NCBI GenBank assembly: GCA_016748015.1
Contig: JAAOMT010000429.1
Coordinates: 344,615-408,614, forward strand
Direction of reading: 5' to 3'
Source of the DNA: Geosiphon pyriformis uo1
Lineage: Eukaryota > Fungi > Glomeromycota
Length of the DNA: 64,000 nucleotides
Under the pieces are notes generated by a model, which was given only the letters and a program-made list of their open reading frames with translations, was not told the DNA's origin and ran no database searches. The translations under genes and the position numbers were made by a program. The number at the start of each line of letters is the position of its first letter. Positions within the stretch are counted from its first letter, which is position 1. This document shows positions 52,023 to 64,000 of this stretch, piece by piece.

Positions 52023-54881
52023 AGTGAATAAAAAGTTAATAGGTTATTATTCGAAGAGGGTTTTTTTAAAGCTTTATTTGATAGTACATTTAGAAAGGTA
52101 GAATTGGTATTTATGCTGTTTTTCTATGTTAACATAGTTTGAAGATGTCATTATTCATTAAACTATTATTCGTTACAAAATAAGTTTAATTATGAATAAA
52201 TTTAGGTAACTATAGTACATACACAAAGACACTAAACAAAATTTTCCCTAAATGAGCTATTCACAACAAAAACAACAACCAATAATAAAACTAATTAATT
52301 GTGACATTATGTGAAGCATAAAAAATGATTATGAAACCTATCATTACTCCTTGCATAAACTTTATTTCATAATTTTAAAACAGTATAATTATTTCGGGCT
52401 TCTTAAATATCAAAAAGCCTCATTTTTCAAAATAAAATATTAGGTATTTTATTAATATAGTTATTTTTAGTTTGTCTAACACCAAATCAGAAAAGTTTTA
52501 TTAAGGGCCCCTTTTAGTTTCTTGTTTTTATTAGCCCTCGGGTTCTTTTTAAAACTAAATTTGAATGCTTCAATCGATCATTAATTATCCGATTAAGGTA
52601 TTCCAAAAGAAATTCTCCTAGGAATCAGTATGTTTTTATAGTTAAAAAAATACCTTTCAAAATTTATTAAAAAATAACATGTTAATTATCCAATTATAAG
52701 ATTCTTTAATTATTGATTCATTTTTTTCAATTTAGTAATTTAATGTGTATAAATTTGTTTGATTTAATTAATTTACAATAATTATGCCTTATTTAAATTT
52801 ATTAAAAAATATTCAAGTTATTATCAATGATATTTAAATATTATTATTCAAAAATAAAATAAACTTGGTGATTATATTAATATATTAATATATTATTCTT
52901 TTAAAAATAACAATAAGATTTTTTATATTAATCTAATTTTATTTTTTTAAATTACATTTAAAATTCTGTATAAACATAACACTATTATTTTCAAAAAATT
53001 ATATTATTGATTAATTAAATCAAAAGATTTTTTAAATCCATCATTTGCTTTTTTTAAAAATTATTAATTGATATTTCTTATAATTTTATATTAAAAGCTT
53101 TTATTTATTTGAAATTAAAATCTATAAAAAATTTTATTTTTATTTTCTAAATTATTTTATTCTTTCTCCAATATTAATTTAAAATATTAACATATTATTT
53201 TTATATAAAAAAAACTTGACATATGCCTGATATTTCAATCATCTCTTCACCAATTGTTTATGAATTTTGTATAAAAAGTTTGAATGATCATTATTAGAAT
53301 TTTAGTTTGATCTTTTCTATTGTTACTTTGGGTTTAAGTTCTAATTTCTATTTTATATTGCAAACAGCAAGATAATGAAGCTTTTTGTATTTATTTCATC
53401 CATTAATAATGTTTTAGGAATAAAAATCGATAATACAATTTATAAGCGCTATTTTAAGTTATAAATTTGAATGATGATTTCCTTAACGGAAAAATATGAG
53501 TAAAATTAATTTCATTAATGGAATATTAAATTCGGGGCTAAAAGCTAATAATAGTGTAAATAACAAATAATAAATAGTTTTCGGTTAGAGAATTTGATTT
53601 TATCCAATTATTTTTGTAACCTTTAATTAATCTACTTTCGGCGGATACCAATAATCTTTAGAAAATTTACCTATTATTAACTTTTTTGTAAATTAGTCTT
53701 TCTTTTTTTTCTTGACACAAAATTTTTATAATAATTTTTAAATTATTGTATTTTTACTGGTTGTAATTATTTTTAAATGATTTTTTAAGTGATTTTAAAT
53801 CTAATCTATTTTAAAAGTAGATTGTTTTAATTTTCAATTTTCAATTTTATAATGTAAATATTTTTGACACAATACTAGTAAATTGCAATATAAGATTAAA
53901 GTATTTAATAAAAAATTAAAACTTTTATGTAAAAAATAATTTAAGTTTTTTTTTGCATTACTTATTGATCTTTTTTTTCTAAGATTAATTTATTAATAAT
54001 AAATATAAAAACAAGACATTAAACACTGATTAATAATATTTTTGTTATATAAACAATTTATGATTAAACCATTTTAATCAAAAATATTAATTGTTATTTT
54101 AATATACAATATTTTGAACATGGTATTTTTATAATTATAATTAAAGTAGAAAATTTGTAATTTCTTTATTTTTTAAAGTATTTAATAATATTTTTACTAA
54201 TATAATATTTGATAACAATTTATTAAAATGTTAAAAAATATTTTTTTGGTGTTTTTAATCTTAATTTTAATGTTTAAAGCCAGTTTTTTTTTATAAAAAA
54301 TAAAGCTTTGATTTTTTTTGGTTTTTTTGCCAGTTTTATTTATATTAATTATAATATTTAGCTTTATTATGATTATAAATAATAAAAATTTAATTTGGAT
54401 TAGTTTTTAACTAATTATTAGTGGTTTTAAAAACAAAAAAATTATGTTTTTACATATTATTTTGTTCAATTAGTTTATTAAGTTATTTAATTTTAAAAAT
54501 TATTTATCAGTTTTTAAAAATTTTCAAAATAAATAATTTTTATTTTAGTATTTAATGTTTTTTAAGATTAATTGGCTTATTTTAAAACTGGTTTCTAATT
54601 AATATATGGTTTTATTAATTTAAAATTTGTTTTTAAAAATAATATTAAGTTTTTTATATGGAATTTTTTTTAAATATTGTTATTTAAATTAAATTTGTTA
54701 TTTTATTTATTTTTTTATTTTTAAATTTATTAAATCTTTAATAGTTTTTGAGTTTACATTTTTTTTTGTTGTTATAATTTTGTAAAATGTGTTTAAAAAT
54801 GTTTAAATTGCTAATAATAAAAATATTTTTAGTTTTTTTTAACAAATATTTCTTAAAATTTATTGGTATTTGACAATATAT

Positions 54882-55610
54882 TATTATGATTAAAAATTAT
54901 AGTTTTTATTAATTATTACATGTATTAGCCATTAATGTCACATAATTAATCACTTTATTTTTAAATAGTAATTATTAACTTAATTAATGACCTGATTATT
55001 AATCTAATTAATAATCTGATTATTAACTTTATTATTAACCTGATTATATATCTGATTATTGATTTAATCATTGACCATTTTCAATAACTATATAAGCAAT
55101 AAGTTTTTTAATTATAATAGTATCAATAATCAAAGTAACAAAATAAAACTCACTATCAATTACTTCTTTTTATATTGCTAATTTTTTTTTTTACCTTCAA
55201 GTATCTAAACATCTTAGGATAAAAGATTACTTATTAGCATTTACATATCTTATTTTTTTTTTGATTTGTATTTATTAAAATTAGTTTAAAAAGCAATTGC
55301 TTGCTTTTGTAATTTATTGAATAAAAAAATAATTAAAAAGCATGATAATACTTATTATTAATTCTAAAAATTGCTAAATGAAACATAAAATAATAGTAGT
55401 AGTGTTATTTTATTGACAATTATAGATTATTCTTCTACTTTTAGATTCAGAAAATATTCACAATTGTGATTTTTATGAGACTAATTACACATATTAAATT
55501 TTTACTTATTTAATTTGTTCTTTTATTGTAATTTTTTTTTGATTAATTTTATTATCTTATAATTTTGTTTTCTCTTGCTATTTATTAGCTTATTATTCTA
55601 ATCTGTAATA
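54882..55610 (+). repeat. 5' LTR (~729 bp)
   Basis: TATTATGATT...GTAATA (decayed TG...CA termini), followed by a PBS-like TAGTGCTTTCTGTGAG. Confidence 0.8.
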
Positions 55611-58601
55611 TAAAAGTAGTGCTTTCTGTGAGATTATCAAAATTCACTTGTTTTTTATTGTATAAATAATTATTTATACTTGCTACAATAATTAAAAAAA
55701 TACTTTATAGTACACAACAGAAATAATCTAGATTTTATTAAACTCAATTTTCTGCTCTTTTGTTTGAGCTGCTTTTCTATTGAAAAACAATCCAGTAGAC
55801 AATTTTAAAATTTTTGGAACTGGTTTTTAAATGAATATTTAGCTAAAATCTATACAGCCTATACAATCTATTTCTTTGATTAAGCTTACTTTAAAAAAAC
55901 TTTTAAAAAAAAACAACAATATTAATTAGCTTTTATACTCAATAATTTTTTCTTAAGTAAATCAAACTATTTTACACAAATAGCTACTCTTAAACCAATG
56001 GCTGCTAACTTCATGCAAACAAATATTTTGGCTACTCTTTAAAATATACAAACTGCTTTAAAGTAAAAAAACAACACCTTACTATTATTATTTAGAGGTA
56101 ATATTTAAGACCTAATTAAATAATTAGATAATTTTAAAAAAATAGTTACAACCAACTAATATAATACTGAATACAAATTCCAAATTATTGGTGGCTATTT
56201 TCAAAGTTTTTCTGCCACCTGGTTCTTACAAAAAATTAATGTTGATGCTCACTAAAAAATTATCAAATAGACACTAATAAATACTGGAAAAAAAACACTT
56301 CCTTTACTACTTGGTTTAAAAACAAATTTAAAATTCACATCTTGATTTCTAAATAGCATATAAAACTAGAAAAAAAACTCAAAGTTTTAGTAAAGTTGTA
56401 ACTGAATATATGAAAACAATAAAAAAGCTTATCAAATGAATAAATTTTAGAAAAAATTAAACTGAAGAACAAAAAATTTATTTCTTTACAAAATAATTAA
56501 GAACCAACTTATTTTATGTTCTGTGGTTTTTTTTGGTTTTAAAAAATAATTTTATAATAGATATGGCCATTAAACTTGGGCAAAAGATTAAAGACAATCA
56601 AAAAATACATTTGAAATCTACTTTTCCAGTTTTTGCTTCTGCTCTTATTTTGACTTCTGCTTCTTAAATGACTGCTATCTCTTTTGCCTTGCTAACAATA
56701 ACAATATTACTTTTCTAATTTCCAAAGCCTAAGTGATTGGCTATTTTATTAACTTGATTCTAAACAGTAGATTATCTGTAAGTATTATTGTCAAACATTT
56801 TATAAAAGCCATTAGTAGAAAAATTAATAAACTCTTAACAAGACTTATAAATAATATACACAGTAACAAAAAAAAAGACTTGATATTACCAAAGCTGTTT
56901 TTGTTTGCATTAATGGCATTAGCATTAAAACTAACATAGAAGTATTTAAAGCCAATAAATATACTATAATTATTAATAATGAATAACTTAAGAAAGCCAA
57001 AGTCTTACTTGATTATGAACTGTGTAAATTAACCATCAAATGTGATAAAAAGCCCATTATAGTTAAATGTTATTATTAAACAACTTCTTCAGTACTCAAG
57101 CAAAGTCCAAAAAAAAAACAATCAGATAAATTAAATAATAAAAAAACCAATAAAAACAAATAAAAAAAAACTATTAAACTTGTCTACACTATTTTTACCA
57201 GCAATAACAAATTCCTAAACAATATTAAAGCTAACAAAAAAGAAATTATTGTAAATAGTAAGCTAATCTGTTAGTTTTACTATAATATTTTTAAAAGAAT
57301 TTTTGATAAAAAGCCTGACAAAAAAGCCAAATATAATTATTGGTAACATAGTTTTTGTATTTAATACTGGTATAATAAACTATTGTATTCTCTCAATAAT
57401 AAATACATGTTCTGTTTAATTTACTACAAATATTGAAAACTTATTAGCTTGATATTTAAAGAAAAAATAAAAAAAATACAGAAGTTTTTTGAAAGTAAAC
57501 TACCAAAAATACAGTCATTAATAATAGAACAAAGAAAATTTTTTCTTAAAAAAAAAAATAGATATTAAAAACTTGTTTTATCTATTTGAAGTCTTATTAA
57601 TCTAATTATTATAATAATAAGTTTATTAAGAAAAAAATAAACTGAATAAAAAATCTTAAATTCATACAAAAAACCAAAAATAAATAGGCATTTCCAGTTG
57701 TAGTAATATTCAGAAAAAGTAGAACCCTATGCTTTTGTGTCAAATACTATTAATTAAATGCTATTATTAAAAGAGATATATATCTACTTCCCAAAATTAA
57801 TGCAATCTTAGATCAATTTAATAGTGTTGCTTTCTTTTTAATTATCAATTTAACTATTGAATTCTGGTAAATAAAAATAAATTTAGAAAACAGAAAAAAA
57901 CTGCCTTTATTATCAAATATAATACTTATAAATTTACAATTATTTCTTTTGGTTTTATCAATACTTCTCTTATTTTTCAACATTTAATGAACAAAATATT
58001 TAAATTAATAAAAAAAAACTTTGTTCTAATCTATTTAAACATAATAATATATTCAAAAACCTGAAATAAATATTTTAAACATTTACAAAAGATTTTTAAT
58101 TTCCTTAGAAATATTGACTTCAAGATCAATCTAATTAAATATTTTTTTGGATGACAATCTACTCAGTTTTTTGGTTATCTTATTATAAAAAATAAAATTT
58201 TCTTTAATTCAAAATATTAAACAATTAATAAACATTCATAAATTATGCTTTTTTCTTGGTTTGGTATCTTATTATCAAAAGTTTGTCAAAAATTTTTCCA
58301 AAATTGTTTTTTTTCTTAATTAACTACTTAAAAAAACTGTCAATTATTATTAAAATATATATTAACAAAAAGTTTTTAAAACTCTAAAAAAAAACTAGTT
58401 ATTAAACCAATTCTTATGCAATTTAATTTGAATCAACTTTTTATTTTCTACATTAATACATCTGGCTTTGAACTTGGTGTTGTTTTTTTCTAAAAAAATA
58501 AAAATAACAAAGAACATATTATAGTTTATATCAACCAATTACTTTTTTTAGCAGAACAAAACTACTCAATTATTAAACAAAAATATTTAGTAATAGTATA
58601 G

Positions 58602-59596
58602 TGTTACCTGAATAAAAAAATTAATTCAAAGTTATAAAAAAAACATGACTAAAAATGTAATGACATAAAATAACACAGAATAACGTAAAAAAATACAGAA
58701 TAATATATAATAATATAGAATAACATGTTATAACATAGTATAATGTGTAATAATATAGAATAACATGTTATAATATAGTATAATGAGTAATAATATAAGA
58801 TAATGTGTTATAACATAGTATAACTAGCAATAACATAGAAAAACAAAGCAATAACAGAAATAACAAAGCAATCAAAAACAATTTTGTAGAACAAAAAGAA
58901 TGTATAAAAATAAATAGCTATAGAAGTTAAAAAGACATCCAAAGAAAAAATTAGACTTTCAGAGTCAATTAGACTCATAAGTCATAATTATTAAATACTT
59001 CTTTTTTCAAGAATAGTTGCTATCAACCAAAATTGAATTATATCAATAAAATATCTCTTTAATTCTTCAAATCTATGTTATTATTTACTACTTAACTTGC
59101 TGGTACAATAGCTCTTAATTATGACTATTAATAGAACATTTATTTCTTATTTTATTTTCTTTATTTTTTTATTTTTTTTTTATTTTATTTTATTTTTTTT
59201 ATTTTTCTTATGGAATAACAACATAAGAATATTAACTGTCTGGAAATAGACTTTGTGATAGCCTGATAAAAAAGGGAAGCTCTCTCTAAGTTTTAGATAT
59301 TAACACTATTTTAATAACTTATCAGAAGAGCAAAAAAACAACACCAGATCCTAACAATTGCACTTATTAGCTCAAAGAAGATAGCTCATATTTATAAGAA
59401 GTTGCAATCAGCAAAAGCCAAACTTCTGTGTCTTATAACCAAAAAACTTAATAAGTAAATTCACAACCAGTAAATAAGATCTTCAGAAATTGATAATTAA
59501 AACTAAGTCAACAGAACTACACAAAAACATATATTACTGATAATTGAAAGCACTAAATGTTACCATTTTCCTATCCCATCAAGTTTACTCATAACA
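58602..59596. mobile_element. solo-LTR-like insertion 1 (995 bp) in the host RNase H
   Basis: TGTTAC...ATAACA termini; 4-bp TSD ATAG (58598-58601 and 59597-59600); host frame resumes after it; internal ~10-bp TAACATAG-type tandem array at ~58660-58870. Confidence 0.8.
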
Positions 59597-59679
59597 ATAG
59601 ACTACTAATTATTAAGATAAATATTTTTTTGGTGTCAAATTTTTGGTATTAACAGATTATTAAGCCTTGGTTTGGCTGC

Positions 59680-60545
59680 TGTTATGGGATGGTTTTCTTG
59701 TTATATTTAATTGCTGATATCCTGCTTTAATTGCAATCAGTCTTTCGTAAGTTCCTCAATTCTATTTGTGTGATAATGTCACTGTTACACTGAAGGCTTT
59801 CTTTTTACTGTTGCAATGTAAGTTATTCTTTAATTCTTGATTGTTGTGTGTGTTTATGTACTCCTTCTTAGAGGCTGAACTGAAATCTACCCACTGTCTG
59901 GGGTCTTCTCTGAGGCTATCCTTGCAATTGCCTGATGTGTTTCTCTAATCTAGAAACACAGAATGTTAATGGTCTTTAGCGCTTTTCTAATTCTCACAAT
60001 AAAGCTTTTATCAATTAGTAACAACGTGAATAATCTTGATCAAGGATTATTCTTTCAAGGTATTCAGTTGATGAATGATAGTTTCATTCAATAAATAATA
60101 CAAGTAAGTTTCTTAATACTTTGGGTTGTGATAGTTCAGTTTTAAATATTATTTTTCATTTCTTTTTGATTTTAAAGGTTTCTTGGGATATTTAATTTGA
60201 AAGTATGATTTAAAGTGGAGTTTGTTGGATAAAATTGGATCTATTGCTTGATAAGTTATGATTTTTATTACTTGATTGATTCTTTCCCAATATTAAAACT
60301 ACTGTATATATACATGTTTGTAGTTCTATGAGAAAATACTTTCTTTTTGATATTTCAACCTGGTGCTTGCTGCTATCACCAGTTGGTGTTGGCTGCTATT
60401 GTGAACTGGTGCTTGCCACTATCACAAGATGGTGTTTGCTACTATGTTAATCATTACCTTTCTAAGATTATTACTGTGCTATATTATGATTGAATAGTTT
60501 GTATTATTTTTATGATTCTTTTTGCTAAATTCTTAAACCGTAACA
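59680..60545. mobile_element. solo-LTR-like insertion 2 (866 bp) in the host RNase H
   Basis: TGTTATGG...CCGTAACA termini; 4-bp TSD CTGC (59676-59679 and 60546-60549); removing it restores TDY*ALVWLHKK. Confidence 0.85.
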
Positions 60546-62678
60546 CTGCATAAAAAAAAGAAACTGAAACACAAAAGAATAATTTGCTAGATATTTTACC
60601 TGAATAAATTTGATTATAATATACAATATTACAAAAAAGTTTATTATTAAAACATCAATGTTCTTTTTAAACTTATTATTCAATAATAGTACAATTTTTT
60701 TAAACCAAACCAACTTAATTATTAGTAAAATTTTTTTAAATAAACACAATAATAGACTTAAATAACTATTTTGTCTTAATAAAATTTTTGTGTAAAAAAC
60801 AATACTTACTGAACTATACTTAATAGCAAAAAAAACATTTGTAAAAACAATCAAATTTTTATTTGATCTACCAAAATTAATTATACAAAAAAAATAGAAA
60901 AATTTTTGACTACTCTTAGAAAGTTATTAGATTTGAAGAAAGAGAAATTGTAATCTATAACATGTATATTAATCTATTGGCTGAACATTTTAAAAAAACT
61001 AAAACAATTCAGAAAACTTTTACTTATTATTATTAGTCTATTGTAAAAAAAAAACATTGTTAAGTATATTAAAACCTATAATATCTGTTAAATAAAAAAA
61101 AGTCCAATTACAAAAAAGACATCTATCCAATTTTTATTGGTTAATTATTTGACAAAATTAGTATAAATGTTGTTGAATTTTTAATTATAACCCTTAATAA
61201 CAATAAATATTTTATCACAACTACCAATTATCTTACAAAATGGGTAGAAACAAGAGCCATTTCAGATTAAACAACAGTTTTTATTGCTAACTTTATTTAT
61301 AAAAATATTATTTGTTGCTATGGCTGTTTTAAAAAACTTTTATTTGATAGAGAAAGAAATTTTCTTAGTACACTGGTTAAAAAACTTTGTAAAAAAATAA
61401 AAATTCGTTATAAACTCTTTTCTTTTTATTATTCTTAAACAAATAGGCTAATAGAACATTTTAATAGAACACTATATAAAATTTTAACCAAAACCAGTAA
61501 AAAAACAAACTTATAGAACAAAATACTGTTTTTAATTTTGTTTGCTTATAAGATTGTAAATTATAACATAACAAGTTATGAACTTTTTTATTTGCTCTAT
61601 AAATAAATAGCAATATTACTAATAAAAACTAATATTAAGACAATACCCTTTGAAAAAATCATAATAAGAAATTATAAAGTCATTTTGCAAAAAAAACTTG
61701 GTACTATTTTTGACTTATTGATAAAAGCATAAATAATTGTCTTTGAAAAGATAAAACAGTTTTAAAAAAAACTTAAGAAAAAAAAACTTTTAAAACACTT
61801 TCTTTAAGTATTAGTAACTTAGTTTTAGAATACTATTTAAACAAAAACAATATATATAGTAATAAATTCTCTAGCTAATAAAAAAATCCCTTATAGTCAA
61901 CAAAGTTTTAAACAATAGTTTTTATATTTTACAAGATTAATATAGAATAATCTTTAATAATTATTTTGCTTATAATACATAATTCAAAAAATATTACAAA
62001 TAACCTAATTGGTTATTTGTTGTAATAATACCGACCCAAATAATCAACAAAAATCAACTATAAATAAATGTACTATTCTTAAAATAAAGGTATCTTTAAT
62101 CAATATGAACAATTATTTCCTAAATTAAAACATTTAAAATGCTTTCTATATTTTCTATAAATATTGAATTAAAAATTATCTAAATACTACTTTGGCTATT
62201 AAAAAACAGATCATTATAACAAATAATAATGAAACACATACTATTATTAGACCAAAAAAAACCACTACCAAAAAAAAAATTTAATAACAAAATAGTTAAA
62301 TATATACTTAAAAACATAATAGCAAATATATTATTATCTTTCTATATACTTAAAAAAACAATTAAAAAAATTTTGTTTATAGACAAAAATTTGTTATATA
62401 AAAAATAACCAAAGCTCTATAGTCAATTTGGTAAAATCATAAAAAACATAAAGCTTATAAAAAAAACAACTTCAAAAATGCAAATAAAAATTTTGGGCAT
62501 TATATAATTAAATGTCTCAAGAGTTTTAACTATTGCTAAAAAAGCCAAAACTTTAATACAAAAATTTTGTTTTTTAAATACAAAGCTTATTTTATCTTAA
62601 GTATTATATATCTTATTTACAAAAAACTTTATCAAACTAATTAGTTTTAAATTAGACAAAATTCTTTAAAAAGAATAA

Positions 62679-63405
62679 TATTATGATTGAAAACCATAGT
62701 TTTTATTAATTATTATATGTATTAACTACTAATGTTATATAATTAACCACTATATTTTTAGATAGTAATTATTAATTTGATCAATAATCTGACTATTGAT
62801 CTGATTATTAACCTAATTATTAATCTAATTATTAATTTGATTATTGACTTGATTATTAACTATTTTTAATAATTATATAAGCAATAAGTTCTTTAACTAT
62901 AATAATATCAATAATTAAAGTAATAATATAAAATCTGCTATTAATTATTTTCTTTTATATTATTTATTTTCTTTTTCTTATTTTCAAATATCTGAATATC
63001 TTAGAATAAAAAATTATTTGTTAATATTTACATACTTAATTTTTTCTTTTTTTTTGATTTGTATTTATTAAAATTAACTTAAATAATAATTACTTGCTTT
63101 TGTAATTCATTAAATAAAAAAACAATTGAAAAACACAATGATATCTGTTATTAATTTTAAGAATTACCAAATAAAACATAGAATAATAGTAGTGGTATTA
63201 TTTTATTAACAATTACAGACTATTTTTTTATCTTTAGATTTCAGAAAAAATTTGCAGCTGTAATTTTTATAAGACTGATTATACACATTAAATTCTTATT
63301 TATTCAATTTACTTTCTTATTGTAATTCTCTTTTTGATTAATTTTATTACTTTACAATCCTGTTTTTTCTTATTATTTATTAGTTTGTTACTTTAATTTG
63401 TAATA
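62679..63405 (+). repeat. 3' LTR (~727 bp)
   Basis: Aligns with the 5' LTR, differing mostly by transitions; preceded by a purine tract (AAAAAAGAATAA, decayed PPT); followed by ATAT. Confidence 0.8.
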
Positions 63406-64000
63406 ATATTATTGTTTATTTTAAGTTTTTTTGAATATAATTACAATTTTTTTTGCTTATTAATCTGTTTTAATAATAAAAATTAATATTAAAATTTTTT
63501 ATAATAGATTTAAGACTAAATTAATTAATTTTTTTTAATTATATAATTTTTAAGATAAATATATATGCTTTATTTTTTAATTTTATTTAATAACTATAAT
63601 ATACAATTTTTGCTTTTGTTTTTAAGAAAAAACTAAATATTATAATTATAAAAACCAATATTTTAAGAAATTATTATACTTAATAAAAACTTTTAATATT
63701 AATATTATTTTAAGTATCAAGATTTTAATTAATTATTAAGTGTTTTTATCTTTTTTTTTAAGTTTTTATTCAAATTTGTAATTGATTTTAAGATTTTTAA
63801 ATTTTATTTTATTTGTATTAAATTTTATATTAAAATTTCCCTTTTATTGGTTTTTATTATTATTGTGTTTTTGGCTATTTTTATTGTTGTTAAATTGTTA
63901 ACTATTTAATTAATTCTTATTTGGCTTTTTTGGAATTTAAATTAATTAAATTGGCTTTGTTTATTAAGTTTATTATTAAGTTTATTAATATTAATAATTA

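Larger units (their letters stand above)
54882..63405 (+). mobile_element. full-length but heavily mutated Ty3/Gypsy LTR retrotransposon (gag-PR-RT-RH-IN) with two nested inserts
   Basis: Direct-repeat LTRs at 54882-55610 and 62679-63405 with ATAT flanks. Protease LILNSRLSVSII (from DSG, ~56754); RT FPVVV...FCVKY..LN...KTAFI...FQHLMN (~57685-58200); RNase H YINTSGFELGVV...AEQNYS (~58440); integrase HHCC remnant and TNYLTKWVETRAI...TNRLIEHFNRTL (~60900-61600). The PR-RT-RH-IN order is that of Gypsy. Confidence 0.9.

Noticed and set aside
56733-56939. 68-aa ORF as an independent gene
   Set aside because: It is the mutated retrotransposon aspartic protease (LILNSR from LILDSG)
60525-60854. 109-aa hydrophobic ORF (also 6864-7106, 22956-23207, 24662-24850)
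   Set aside because: Low-complexity I/F/K/N ORFs arising from AT-rich or antisense TE sequence

Overview
Very AT-rich eukaryotic (fungal) scaffold segment with short spliceosomal introns and one 413-nt N gap. The gene families present (tyrosine-kinase-like kinases with a CxxC...WCxxC...WTSGN header, Crinkler/CRN relics, F-box proteins, class-3 lipases, heavily decayed Ty3/Gypsy) point to an arbuscular mycorrhizal fungus (Glomeromycotina); this assignment is inferred. Contents: (i) three dispersed paralogs (two intact, one pseudogene) of an intronless F-box + LRR-like + Cys-rich (ZZ-like) protein; (ii) a CRN-type P-loop NTPase + PD-(D/E)xK nuclease + HhH pseudogene; (iii) a ~6.7 kb quasi-palindrome with two intact, divergently transcribed 5-exon class-3 lipase homologs, both with the catalytic Ser replaced by Gly (GHGLGG), and four CRN header relics; (iv) a predicted 10-exon, ~1299-aa tandem pseudokinase(HRN)-kinase(HRD) gene lying between long inverted repeats; (v) a single N-myristoylation-type kinase and a kinase pseudogene; (vi) an intron-containing tRNA-Asn-like gene followed directly by a 52-nt hairpin and a T5 tract; (vii) a full-length Gypsy element riddled with C>T/G>A transitions, with two solo-LTR-like inserts in its RNase H domain. 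All gene models were spliced by eye and no database searches were run.
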